Source of the DNA: Phallusia mammillata
Taxonomy: Eukaryota
Assembly: GCA_965637545.1 (NCBI GenBank)
Contig: OZ281498.1
Location: 23,808,001 to 23,872,000 of the forward strand
Reading direction: 5' to 3'
Length of the DNA stretch: 64,000 bases
Position 1 is the first letter of the stretch; every line of letters begins with the position of its first letter. Below the pieces are notes generated by a model. That model searched no databases. It was given only the letters and a program-made list of their open reading frames with translations, and was not told where the DNA came from. The position numbers and the translations under genes are program-made. Positions 35,101 to 47,880 of the stretch are shown in pieces.

Positions 35101-38100
35101 TCTTACTACCAGTTACATTGTGTAGCTCATTTGGTAGAGCGCGAGTCCCAGAAAGACTCCTGTCGTGGGTTCGAATCCCACCGTAAGCTTGATTTTTCTA
35201 GACTACGCTAGTCATAAGGGAATATTTTGGCGACCGGTTTGATTCGGTGTAACGCCTTTGCGCCAGGCGTACTGTAATACCAGTTGCAACAAGTCCTCGT
35301 CAAAAAAGTGTAACTTCATACTTCAAATATCCCTGATAACATTTCAGCATGTTTGATATTCATTTTTCTTTAATACAAGTTCACCATTACAGATATAGTA
35401 GCAGTAGAACCGGAATGGCTTGCATCTTTCTGCCCCAACTACTGCACATTCTCGAAACCTCTCTCATCAATGGAGCCCACGTTTGAACGCGTCACCGGTG
35501 ACGTCAGGTGCCACGTCACTGCCACCTACGGCCGGTTGGCATGGCAACTCGGAGAGGTGGAGATTTCTTTCCCACCGGGATTGGAAAGGTATTTTGCAAA
35601 CAAAAGTCAAAGTGGAGAGCTTTTAAATACAAAATTAAAGCTCAATTCAAAGATGTTTGGTAAAAACGTATTATGTACCATAGTACTCGACTCATATTAA
35701 AGGCTTTATGCCAAATTAAGCATTTAGAAGGACAAATCTAGCTTCCGGTGAGATTCGAACCCACGACTCAAACCTTTCCGGGGGCCGCTCTACCAACTGA
35801 GTAAAATATACCATATTACAGTCAAAAATCTGATGTTGTGGTTACATTTGTCCGACTTTTTTGAAAAGATTTGTTATTTTTATTGTTGATTATTTTCACC
35901 AATTTGTATTTTGTCGCAGATACCGTTGGTTTGCCCGATTTCTCCTGGAAGGACAGATTGTTACGTCACTGAAGCGTTTTGTTACGTCACTACTATCTCG
36001 TCCCGCAACTATGGTGAAGACGTGGGCAAAGTAAGATTGACTTGTGTGGGAACTTTTAAATGAGATTTTTCTTCGGTTCATTGGGATGTAGGTGCTTAAT
36101 AATAGGATACACAAACCTCTAGTATCTAGTCATTGTGTGATGAGCTGTTTAAGTTTTAGCATGGTTATTTTATACCAATGTAAACGCAGGCAAGTGTCTT
36201 TAGTTTAAAGTTGATGCTTCTAGTTGATGTTTTGGTGTTGCCTGTTGTAAAGGGTAAATTTGCACTTCGGTTCAAGCGCTTTACTTTGTTTCGGTTTTCG
36301 GTGACTTAAGGAAGTTCTTTGTGACGTCAAACAAATTGCGACATAAAATACTTTATGACGTAAAGGAGTTTCTGGTGTAGAGGTGTTTGTCAAGTAAGAG
36401 AATTTAGGGCGCAAGGCAAATGTGTGGCAGCGGTCTAAAAATACTTTCATTTAAGTTACATTGTAAGGATGATAAACCCCATTTGCTTTTTGAAATCGTT
36501 GGTCTGAACAGTTTGTTGTCTTATAGATTCATGGTTTACATATTGGTTTGTCTCAGGTAAACAAATTGTTGACGTTTTGGGACAACACTAGCAACGTGGG
36601 ATTTGAATTTTACGATTCTATGTTATAGTTGACGTGCGACAAACGAGTACATAGTAATAATTTGTCCGTTTGTAAGTTACGTTGTATTATATATAAATAT
36701 ATATTTTTTGCCTGGCGGGACCCACATCGGCTTTTACTTTTGACGCTATTATCGTCGAGGCAAAGTTTTGTTTCGTATAGATTCGTCAAAAACGAAACTG
36801 AGGCAAAGCAGTTATAACATAACCACGAACAGTAAAAAATGTTATCGTTGAGACAGTTTTCGCGAAATAGTCAAACGTATGATCTTGAACGAAACCTGTA
36901 TTTTGAGCGCATGACAAGTGTAGAGCGTTGAGTTGAATTTGTGAAAACCTTATTGTTAGTCAGATCAGATGGAAGGGTTTTCAACAGTTATCATGCTAGC
37001 ACAGAAAATTAGTCTATTTTAAAGTCAGTCAGTTAATAGGTGACAGTTATAACGAGGTAAAACAGCGAAAGAAAAAACGAAAGTAATTGTTCAGCACTGT
37101 GGATTAACACAAGACCAAGCAATAAAAAGAGAAATAACAGACAATTTTTGGGTTGCATGCATCTAGTATTAAGGTTAGTATTTTTTGTAATTTGTGAAAA
37201 CTCTTGATTTTTCTTCTTTTGCGAAAACTCTTGAAACTCTTGGTTTTTTATATGACTAGCCTATGTATTCCTTTTATAGATAGTACAAAATCACCTGATA
37301 CTTTATCAGTTTTATTCTAGGTGCGATTAAAAACCCTGGCGGTTTGACAAGGTTGCGTCAGAAGTCCTTTAATTAGCTAAATATTTCGTGTGACGAAAGT
37401 ATTAAGGCGTGAGATAGGAGGGCAATTTCAGTTTCGATTTGTAATAGTAAAGATGTCTACTTCTTTCGTCGCCATGATTAAAATCACATCGTTGTTGGGT
37501 CAATGTCACAAAATGGGTTGTGGCATGTTTTGTTTATTTACCACTTTTGCCTATAAATGATTGTCTATTTTAAGCTGCGTTTAATCTAAACATAAATTGT
37601 TTTATTTCAGCTTGCAACCACGAACAGAAACAATGTTGGGAGCTTTAAGCAGTCGCGGTGTCGATTCGAAATTGAAACTGTTGGAAGCTTGGAAGCAAGA
37701 CCAAACCTGTAAGTTATCCTAACTTTTGTTTTAAATCTATTTGCCATAGTTGTTTCTTCGTGAAGTACTTCTGTCTGAAATAATAAATTGGTCTGAAATT
37801 GGGCCCCGAACCCGGCCCGACTTGCAACTATGTGTTGGATAATTATCAAAAAAATTCTTTCTGCATAACGTATCAGCGACGGCCGTTTATTTGTAAATAA
37901 ACTTAGGCTTACCTAACAGTAGGCAGAATATACAATTATTTGCTGGAGTATTCTAAACCAGTGTTTCCCAACCTATGGGTCGCGTAAATTCTGTTGGGTC
38001 GCCTGTTTTGTGACAATTAGAGCATCTACGTTTCGTAGCGTTATTTTGTTATTTCCCAAGGCTATGAATTGTTTCCCAATAACAATTTCATGGCTATTTG

Positions 38101-38759
38101 GCGTGATAGTGAATTATTCTGTTTGTGACGTCATAATGTTTGTGTGAGATCACTATTAAGCGTTGTCTGGCTCATAATGCTTTGAACCAGCCCTAAAGTT
38201 GGCGGAAAAACGTTAATTTTTGTTTGATGTTTTTATTTTTCAAACTCGCGTTGTAATTTTCGAAAAACTTTCCTGATTTACAAACAAAAATACAACCCAA
38301 ATAGTAAGAAGGCATATCCATGGGTCGCGAGAAGCCACAAAACGAAATTTTGGTAAGTATTTGGGTCGCGACAAAAAAAGATTGGGAACCACTGCTCTAA
38401 ATAAAAATCCGAATCCAATTAAATTGTTCAAGAGGTGTGCCAAAAATGCCTTTTTTGTTATTGTTTACGCTTTTAGAAGCAATTAAATTAAACTTACAAT
38501 CAAAAACACTATGGCAGTTATGTTTTTTGAATAAACTACCTTTGAAGACCGTGTGTAATGTTCCTAACAATATAATGCCCTACTATACCTTTTTCGCCAT
38601 CAAACTTGAGAGTTTATTCGAAAACAACCACTTTGAATTGTCATGTTCAATGCTTTTTAAATCGTGTTTTTTACAGTTTTACGTAAAGCTTATTTGGAAT
38701 GGCTTCCACAATCACTACATCAACAAGTAATGGCTTCATGGCCTCCAATTAATGGTTGA
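20139..38759 (+). CDS. DHX37: DEAH-box RNA helicase DHX37 (Dhr1/kurz ortholog), about 27 exons
   Basis: Starts MGRSRRKY. Helicase motifs: [21 protein letters not shown] (25661-25808), [47 protein letters not shown] (29799-29987). DHX37-specific C-terminus [10 protein letters not shown]...LQPRTE...[23 protein letters not shown]. Confidence 0.95.
22552..25008 (-). mobile_element. Full-length hAT DNA transposon (ZBED1/Ac-like) in a DHX37 intron
   Basis: 12-bp TIRs tagggatgggcc/ggcccatcccta; perfect 8-bp TSD gtatctaa (22544-22551, 25009-25016); subterminal gctcgg/ccgagc repeats; transposase on the minus strand. Confidence 0.95.
22810..24688 (-). pseudogene. hAT transposase with BED zinc finger, inactivated
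   Basis: BED finger (AWEYF...CKLC...MLRHLRQKH), TTDIWTS and [15 protein letters not shown] motifs. TGA replaces the Trp of TRWNST at 23723-23725. The C-terminal dimerisation tail ([25 protein letters not shown]) is out of frame after ERLFSQ. Confidence 0.9.
27345..27619. mobile_element. Degenerate hAT-type MITE
   Basis: Ends cagaggtc / ggttgccgatccctg, with repeated tggcacgc motifs. The TSD is only partly conserved. Confidence 0.45.
30110..31640. repeat. Nested tandem repeat region in a DHX37 intron (~125-bp unit inside a ~280-bp duplication)
   Basis: cccctaaaatgggtg...tttaaacagtgtcggaatt...atgaaatt recurs at about 30962, 31241, 31371 and 31499; 30777-31058 is duplicated at 31058-31305. Confidence 0.75.
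30358..30759. mobile_element. 402-bp MITE derived from the hAT family at 22552-25008
   Basis: Same termini (tagggatgtgcc / ggcgcatcccta) and subterminal sequence; perfect 8-bp TSD gattttgc (30350-30357, 30760-30767). Confidence 0.93.
33826..34065. mobile_element. hAT/Charlie-type MITE; related partial copies at about 33560 and 41905
   Basis: TIR cagtggttcccaac / gttggaaaccact; shared internal tacatagtagatgctaaaccatacaaagatcattt. Confidence 0.7.
35121..35196 (+). mobile_element. tRNA-derived SINE head (pseudo-tRNA)
   Basis: A box tagctcatttggtagagc, B box ggttcgaatccc; acceptor stem broken and position 33 is not U. Confidence 0.7.
35734..35803 (-). mobile_element. tRNA-derived SINE head, inverted relative to the 35121 copy
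   Basis: Reverse complement reads ctcagttggtagagcg...gtcgtgggttcgaatctcaccggaagctagattt, matching the 35121 copy including the post-tRNA sequence. Confidence 0.7.
37960..38394. mobile_element. hAT/Charlie-type MITE
   Basis: TIR cagtgtttcccaacc / gattgggaaccactg; degenerate TSD ttctaaac/ctctaaat; internal gggtcgcg repeats. Confidence 0.75.
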
Positions 38760-40439
38760 TATCATGTCATGCAAACTTTGAAATGGGAAATGTTTACCAC
38801 TTGATGGCAGACGAGAGGTTGTCGGATGAATACAGGAATCGGTTGAGATGTTGGACAGCGATTTGTTTGTTTCAAAAATAGGTAGTTTTCATTGTCTTGG
38901 TTCAAAGTAAAGCATATAAAAATATGAAGGTGATTTGTCACATGCTTTGATTTTTTGTCTTGGCTACATTGCATTGAAAATTTACAGTCAAGAAAAATAA
39001 AACCCAATCTTTCTCGCAACTGTACATCAGATACAAATTTGTTGTCGAGCCTCCAGATTGGCTGATATAGTGCTTCTGGGTTCAAATCCCACCTCAGGCT
39101 GATTTTTTCCTTTGCAAAAAATACATCAAAAAACCCGACTTGTATTTGGTGTGATGCATTTTTCTACGTGCATACAAAAGCTTTTTTCCCAAAAAGTTTT
39201 GCTCTTAAAGACAATTTGATAGTTTTAATTTTAATGCAAACAAATTGATGAAAAGGACGAAACAATACTGAAAACGCAACGAACAATGGCAAGACAGAGA
39301 CTGAACTTCAAAAGCAAAACAAAGCGTAACAGAAGCTCGATCATATTGGTGAATGAGTTGCGGCTTGTGAATTTTTCATCTTTCGATTGTTCCCCATGTT
39401 GTTTTTGAACTACTTTCGGTTTGTCGTTGAAATACTGAGGAAATAGCTTGTACAAGTAACTTATAATGAGTTTACTTGCTTGATTCTTCGCATACTCTTT
39501 CCAAAACATTATTTTCTTCAAGCGGTTGGTATACATGAATAGCAGGTATAGTTTTGAAGATGTTCAAAAACATCTATGTGGACTGTTGTAACTTGGGGTA
39601 TAATTAAGTCCATGAACATTGTACGGCATATTGTTTTTTGTTACTTCTTTAATACGTTGTTGACGTTATAGTTGTGCCTTCAAAAATCTCCCCAATTCAC
39701 TTTTTTCGACATTGAAAACTATAAAATTCCGTTTACCGTTGACTTCTTTAAGTTCGCTTTAAATTCGCATCAAAAGAACACTTAAAAAACACCAATAGCT
39801 GCATTAGAATGGGTCTTCGAGGCAATCACTTGCTGGTGTCGAAATCCCAACATCGTTTCCATTTTCTTTGCCACAACTTTCGCTCTGTTTCGGAGCTGTA
39901 GATGTGCTCGGCCGTTCTTTTCCCACCCTAGACATCGACCAGTCGTTTTCCATTACAGCTTTGGTTTCACTTTGTGCCAAGTAGCTGCTGTAAATAAGAA
40001 ACATCAAATTTGCTGGCTTGTCCGGTTATTAAAGAACACTGTCCATGGTTGTAGTGACAAGTTTTCCGATAAAAATTAGCATCATTTTCTGCCGAAAATC
40101 TACTGCTTTTTGCATTTGCGCTGTTGTATTGCTTACTGGTGTGTGGATTTAATTTTGGTTAAAACAAGGTATACTTGGTATGTTTATCCATAAACCAATC
40201 GAACTTTTGATTACAAGTTTGCACTCGTTGTGTCTTGTAAAAGCGCACTTAGTAACGAACAACGTACAGTCTATTTGTAAGTACTAAACTGTCAAAACAT
40301 GACAAGGTTGAATGCACGAATTCTTGCTCGAAAAGCGATATGTTTTGCTTGTTGGCAAGCACCATAACCAATTGTAAGTCGAACCAATGGAATTACTGAC
40401 TACACAAAGGACACAGAATTTCGTCCTGTTGCTGCCTAA

Positions 40440-43400
40440 TCACACAACAGCGACTGGTATATTTAAGTTCAACTTGTATTTTGTAATTTGCGACTGGGTA
40501 ATAACTCTATCTGCGGGCTGTGGGCTAAAAATTCTTGACATTCTATGGTAAAGAATAACAGAGCTTCTTAGCATGGAAGATTCCCAAATATTGGTAAAAT
40601 TGCTGCACAATTATGGCCAAGTGTGAAGCCATAAGCCCTTTTTACCCAAACTGAAGCCCGGCCCGACTTACAACATTGACCTGAATAGTTTAAATATCAT
40701 GAAACCACAAGTATTAAAACCTTACCTGTCACAGCGAATCTCGCGGAAAGCGTACGTATCTGGCATGTCTTTATCGTACAGCTCCTTGTTTGTGTACATG
40801 TGGAAAATTTCCCACACCGAAAGACCCGCAGTTATCTAGGAAAACAAGACCACCTACTATTTGATAACTTGTTACTAGATTCCATATACAAGTTATGGTA
40901 CAGGGAATTTCAAACGACCAATTTCGTGCCAGGGGAATAGTTCAGTTTTTTTTGCATGAGTGTTATGACTCACTGTGAAATACGTAAGAGGATTTAATGT
41001 AATTCGATTTCCTAGACAAACTTTTGATTGAGTCAATACGGTGTCTTTTAGCAACGTAAAATTTTAGAATCAGATTTTAGATTTTTTTTTTGAGATAACT
41101 ACAGTTCGGGCCCCAAAAAAGTAAGGGGCACTGTTTAGAAGTGGAAAGAGTTGTTCTTTATAAAATTTTGGTTTTCATGTGTGAATATTTGAGCCTCAAT
41201 TCGTGGTGTGTTTGTAACTGATTTTTTGTTACTGGTATTGGTCATAACAATTGATTTAAATAAGTTCATTTTATTTTAACGCTTTGTCAAAAACATCCCA
41301 TTACGCCCCGTATCAGACTTTCAATCGTGACAACTGACGAGCTTTAGTTTATAGAAGTACGGCTTGCGTGAAACTGGATTATTTACGGCGAATTATCTTA
41401 CGAAATCAATTAAATGATAATTTGGGACCACCTACGTTCGCGCTGTCTTTACTAATTCTACTTTTTTGTGAACCAAAGGCTTTGGAATTTTCCGTAACTA
41501 TATCTAGATATACATCAGAGCACTATTATTCTGGTGTTGTGATCAACATGCAATTAACACAGGCAAATACCCTTATTATATAGGCAGAACCCATGGTGTG
41601 TTTTTATCCAAATATGTAAAGTAGGTTTGTAAGAGTGGTTTATTACAGCTTGGCTCGTGTGAAGCCACTTACCGCATTGATGCAAGTCAACATCCAGAGA
41701 AAACATGTTTTTTCCTCGCTCTCCGGTAACACACACGTGATCGTATCGTCATAGCAACTGACGTACTTGGGTACGTACATTCTGTAAGCCACAATAATAC
41801 CAACGAACGCGGTGATCTCCAAAATTAATCTGCGACAATTTAAAACATTAGTTTTGTGAAATTGATCATACGAACTAAATTTAAATTGTAATTCACCCCC
41901 TACATGAGTGGTTCCCAACGTTTATCCACGAATTCCTCACTTAACAATTTAAAACATTCTCATTCTTACCCAATAGGCTACATAATAGATGCTAAACCAT
42001 ACAAAGATCATTTAAAATTGGTTGTCTTTCATCAACTTTATAGGTTATATTCCCGGAGCTTAAGTGTCTTAAACCACACATTGATTTAAATTCCTCCCAA
42101 AAGTTAAAAAACACCGCTTATATCTCTTACCTTGTTATTGCTCTTATGAACGCCGATATAAATGTGGTTAGGCACGGCCATTTGCAGCCTTCTAGTGGAC
42201 AGCGAACGTAGTCTTGTCCGATTTCAAACGGTGTCCACGGTAAAACCACCAGCCACGGTATGACAGATGTTAGCAGGGTGAGCGCCCACCCGATAAGAGG
42301 TGATATGGATCCATGATAAGCTATTCTGCATTGAAATATGGTTAATGGCGTTATTTTGCTTCACGTATGATTGAAAGCCTGGGGTTTAGGTATTTGTTTA
42401 ACTATTTTTGAAGTTTTCGGGCAGTTTAAAATTTATTCAAATCAGCTGATTGTAAATTACAAAATACTTTGACTGATCGAAACCTGTTATCACTCACTTT
42501 AATCTTGCAAATGCGTTGATTCAAATTGTAGTGTTTCAAAGCACACAAAATCTTTTATATTGTTATATTTGATTGTACAACTCTTTATGTAGTAACAAGG
42601 CAACTTCAAGAGGCGACATAGAGCGAAAAATTCCCTTTGTCAGTGATAATAGTTCTTTTTACCGTTTTGTAAAAGCGTTTTTTAGCTTGAAATTTACGTA
42701 AATTGGCATAAATTACCTTAGACACGTTTCTCTTATTTCTACCGTGTCGTTGAATGGGTTCAGTGTCACACTGTCTTCGTCCAACTGTCTGTTGAATGCA
42801 AGCACGTTCTTTTAATAATTTTTGTAGTTAGGCAACAGTTAGAAATGTTTGTTGTAGCTTACAGCCATTTACCGGGTATTTAAAGCACAATCATTCTTCT
42901 GTCCAGCTTACATTTGCTTTTTCCTGCTTAAGTTTCCCTATAGTTATAAGCGCTTTCCATAAACAAAAATAAGGGTCAATGACTTTCATATTCAGGGTAT
43001 ATAAATTTCATGATCAACATTTTTTGCAATACCTCTAGCTTTACTTTGCTTAATCATCTTGATTCGGTGATTCTTAAACTGTTAAAAGTTGCATACAGTG
43101 CACACTCTTTCGACCTATAAGATCTTATCAGTGCAGCCTACTTATCATTTATTGACCTAATGCTTTTATGTTTAAAGGTTATTTCGTAAAACATTTTTTA
43201 GCTTGCTAAGAACACAGCACAAAATGCCACTGATTTTAAACATAGTCATGTTGGATAAAAACCATTTATTCCAGCTTACGTTGTGTTGTCGCTTCTTGTT
43301 GCGTCGCAGAAAATATGCTTTACATCGTTTGCAAACAGTCTTCCAGCCAAGGCACCGCAAATAATCAGTCGAATAATAACGAACACCTGAAACGTAAACC

Positions 43401-44426
43401 GAATATGTTGTTTGGTCTGCATGAATCGGTTCCGGTTCCAACGTTTTTTTTTTCAGTTATCCGGAGCAAAACATTTTTTACTCGTCAAATAACACACCAT
43501 CGATCCTATTAATACCCAGAACCGGTTGAAAATGGTTTGAATCCTTAACTACAGCTGTCGGAAGCGGTTCTAAGCAAATCACCTAAGTTGTATTTTTTCG
43601 ATTTTTCGCCCACCAACCATTTTTGCTTTCGATTAGTTAGTCGACACGAACCCATTTTTTACCACAGGGTTAGAATACGACTTTACATTGACATCGTACA
43701 GCTGAATAAAATCCTTAAAATATTCTGGATTAAACATAAAACTTTGGCGCTAATCTTTTGAAACATGTTTTCCAACTTGGGCCAAATTGATCCGTAAATA
43801 CAGGGAGTATTTTCTTGGCTGAAATATATTAATAAGTTTTTTTGGTATTGTCTTAACAAAGGTCGTAAAACTACGCCCCCTCCCAAAAAAGTTTTCTAAG
43901 TTTAGTAAAAACACCTGATGCGTAAAAAGATTGTGCATATGCATGCATTATAAAAATAACCGCAAGTGCTATAAATCACGATACTGCATTAATTATTTAA
44001 ATCACTGGCATTAAATATTAATAAAAAATTTCGACAAAAAAGGACACATTATAGGCGAGTTAGCGCTGCTGCATACCATTCAGTGCAACCACACGTGTTT
44101 TGTCAATACCAGTAATTTTGATGGATGTGTTTACGCTGCTGATATTTTGTGCAGACAGAATGAAAGTTAATACATGGTTTTAGCGTGTCCATAAAGCCTC
44201 ATTACTTCTGATTTGAACTGGTGAAAGTTTCTTGTTCAAAATACAAATCTTCCCTATTTTAGCAATTTCATAATTACCATAAACTGCGTGTAACCGACGA
44301 GTTGAGAAAGCGAGAACATCCCGTTTCGAATCACGTTGTTGAAGATGAGGGCTGCTAAGCAATCGCCTGTGGTGTTATTCGTTGTGCCTCCTTCCAAATT
44401 GTTTCTCAATCTCTCCTGTTGCGCTT
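40440..44426 (-). CDS. Atypical connexin (4 extracellular Cys); exons 44278-44426, 43280-43386, 42717-42788, 42131-42325, 41673-41829, 40726-40835, 40440-40542; start uncertain (in-frame ATG at 44317-44319 or an upstream exon)
   Basis: Spliced in frame: TM1 VFVIIRLIICGALAGRLFANDVKHIFCD; TCLRIAYHGSISPLIGWALTLLTSVIP (cf. connexin VCYD..PISH..W.LQ.....P); TM3 RLILEITAFVGIIVAY; CVLPESEEKTCFLWML (cf. C.VSRPTEKT.F); TM4 AITAGLSVWEIFHM. Confidence 0.8.
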
Positions 44427-47400
44427 CTGCGTGAAGATAAACAACAGTTAAAGGTTATGATCGTGCTAGTGATTGTTCAGATGGATCGGATTCTTACATT
44501 TAACTTTAAAACACTTCTGACAAAACATATATTTTCTTCTGATAAAAATTGCAATTTTTAACCTTAAGAAAAATTACCAAACATGTATTTCTGCTTTTCG
44601 ATTGGTTAAAATTGAACTCTCAACTGGCGAGAACAACCGCTAAACGAAATTACAATGCCCAGTTACTTGTTATATCTTTTTATAACAACCTGTTTCAGTG
44701 TTTTGATCTTTCAGTTGTCATTAGTTTTAAAATTTGTTACATATGTATCTTGCTCCCACGGGACATTTGTCAATGCAAACATATTAGTTTTATGATATGA
44801 AGACGTATGAAATTGATTTTGCATTTGACTGTTTAGCAGAAGGGTTATTTGGGGGTTAGAAGAGATAGATATGGCCCCGAAGCCAGTTTTTATCCGGACA
44901 AACCCCAAATTCGGCCAAAAAGTTGGCGAAATTGTGGCACAAATAATTTTAGTGTAATGTCACTGCCGAAATACAAATTTACCCCGAACCTGACTTAAAA
45001 GCTCTGCCCGACGTGCAATTCTTCAGTTGAATATGTTTTTTACGCAAATTATGAGATGTTACGTGAGTATTACGAAGTTTAATAGTCACATTGTTTATTT
45101 GGGCCAAAAAATTACGTCTAGTAGAAATTTTTTGTCGCTAATAGATATCCCAAATCAATAAAATTATTAATATATTGCCGGTCCCTCGTTCAAATACCGT
45201 GATATGAGTGACTATACCAGTGATTTTCAACCTTACTTAACACCACAAATGCCCAAGGTAGTCAGTTTGACAATTAAATGTGTCGATATTCGGATATTTC
45301 ATTGGTGGTGTCACGAGTAAAGGCCTGCACTCCGATTCCAATAAACACCTTTACATACTTATTTTTACCTGCTTTATTAGTGGTGATGATGATCTACACA
45401 AACTTTAGTTTTTCATTCAGTTTTGAATTTACCTGACAGTAAGCCTGATAAACAAATGCCAAAGTGAAAGAAAAGGAAATAATAACTCAATCTTAAATGT
45501 TTACTATTTCATCAAGGTAAACTATGTTTCACTCAACCTTTCAATACACATTATTTAAACTCACATATATTGTAGAATGCAAATCTGTATGTTTTAAACA
45601 TTAAAATGTTAACATACGTTGTACTAAAGGGCCACTCAACTGGGATTTATAAGTCTGAGTGGCTATGAGGATTTAAAATCCCTTTCAAAAGGCCAAAACA
45701 ACCTTAATCTGATCTCCGCTGTTTAGTTATGCTCTGCACTGTAACAGAGTTTGCAGTCACTCAATAAAGAACTTTCCGCTTCCAAGAATCACACCACTGC
45801 GGATGATTGCCTATTTGCTCTGTACTCTAGGGAGGTACGTTTCATCCGACCCTAAAGGTCATGACCGCCACGATAATTTGTAACATTTGACACCGTTATT
45901 GCAGTCCCAGCCAATTTTTAAGCACAGTACTTTTTAAAACGTTTAATATATAAAAAACGTTTAATACATAAAAAAAACGTAAAACGTTTAATGTTGGAAG
46001 TAGGAAAACATATTTTTGCATTTATCGCCTCTCAGTTCTCAATTAGTTGCAGTTGTTTGATTTTGACCGAGAACCTGACCTTCAAAACACACTAAATAAT
46101 CTTACCAAGTAAAGCTCTTTCATGCAACCGCCTCAAGGGTAAACTGTTTTTCTAGCGATGTGATCAAGCCCTCAAAACATCGTAAACACGTCACTAAGCT
46201 CATCCAATTTTCGATCAATAAACCTCCCAAGTTCTAGGAATTGTTTATTTTCCAGCACATTTGTTTTCAACGTCCTACCTATATTGAACACACATCGACC
46301 CTGACGAATATCTAAGGAGGCATTACTTGTAATTGTAAAGCTTGTTTAGTTTTTAGGGTTCATCTGACGTTGAACGATAAATGACTTTTAGAAACGAAAG
46401 CTAATGATTAAAACAGTATGTACCGTATTTAGTGGCATAGGTGTGAAGTATAGTTTGAGGATGGGCCTGAACTAAACTGAAACTTACTAATTTTAACGAT
46501 TTACCCAAAACTGCTTTGGGTTTCAGCATTTTTGATACCAACTTTTTTGTTTCGTACATACAGGGGGCACACGCACCTCTGGTTAAGAACCCCCGACCTA
46601 GCGTAAACAAAGCAAGGTTAAAAGATGCCAGTTACCAATAGCACAAAAAAACACTGGTTGATTTTCTACTCTACTTCATTAACCAGAATGTGTAATGATC
46701 ACAAATAAAGGTTACTTTTCTGCATTCGTTTTCGTAATTGAACTTTTGGACACTCTTATTTCTCTGTGGTTGCCGCTCGAAAATTGTCTGTACAACTTTC
46801 TTTAACCTCTAGGAGTCGTATCCCCTGAAACTCGAGCTTGTAATCATTGAGTAACGGTTTTGATAGCAGCTTGTTTTTTGATCTTCTGACCCTGGCGTAT
46901 GTAGACTATGTTGAAATATGGATATAGCCTTAACACTACTTGCAAGTGCAACCCTCAATCAAGTGCTGAAGTGGTGATGTCAAAGGCTTAGTTAAGCCGT
47001 GTTTACGCCTGGGTAAATATCCAAGACCTGAGACTATTGTCTTGCACTGAAGCGTGATGACGTGATCAACTTGATCAAAGCCTTCAATGACCCTAACGTA
47101 AACAGCTCTTTCTGGGTACAGCCTCTTGTGAAATCATATGTGGTTAAACCGCGTTTTCCAATAAACTTCGTGCAACCAAGCGCAAAGTTTGTTTAAAAAA
47201 GAAACGAACAATTTTACATATCTTCTATCAGGGACAACCTTTCACCATTTTTAACTGACCGCGATAAGAGGGTGTCAACTAAATGTCCCCCAAAAATGAG
47301 AAACTATACGTAGTGTGGCTAAATCTGAATAAAACGATAGTCAAATTCTTAAAAGCACCGACAACAACTTTGCGGCAAAATATCAATGAAATTTATAGTA

Positions 47401-47880
47401 AAAAAATATCTGAACCCTCCAGTTGTAGCTGATACAATTCAGACGTTGTTCTAACTAATGAATCTGATTACTGTTTAATCGCACTGTTGAATGATACCAA
47501 AGGCGCTATTTATTTCATTATCCGTGGTATAAGCCGTATTGCTTTGACTAAATGCTTTTTATTTCACGTGAGACCTGTTTTGTTTCCGTTGAACTTACCC
47601 GAAACTCACATTGGCAGCAGAATCGACCCTTTGCGGTCTTTTACCCTTTTAGCATTTCCCAAGCAAACGTGAATCCAAACTGTTTAATGTCACCGTTAAC
47701 TGCGCTTTGATCTTGCCAGCAACACGACTGGCTAATGTTTTTGTATCAGCGGTTTCATTTAACGCTCAATCGAGCATACAAGCAACTCGCTTGTAGTCTT
47801 TACATGATGGAAAGTGTTTCTAATAAACCATCGATTTGAAAGAATCCAAGTTGCCAATATAGTAAATAGGCCTTTTCGTG

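Noticed and set aside
35121-35196. Functional tRNA gene
   Set aside because: Broken acceptor stem, non-canonical anticodon loop, and a second diverged copy sharing downstream sequence indicate a SINE.
46106-46123. Candidate first exon (MKELYL) for the connexin
   Set aside because: It ends in phase 0 whereas the next exon needs phase 1.
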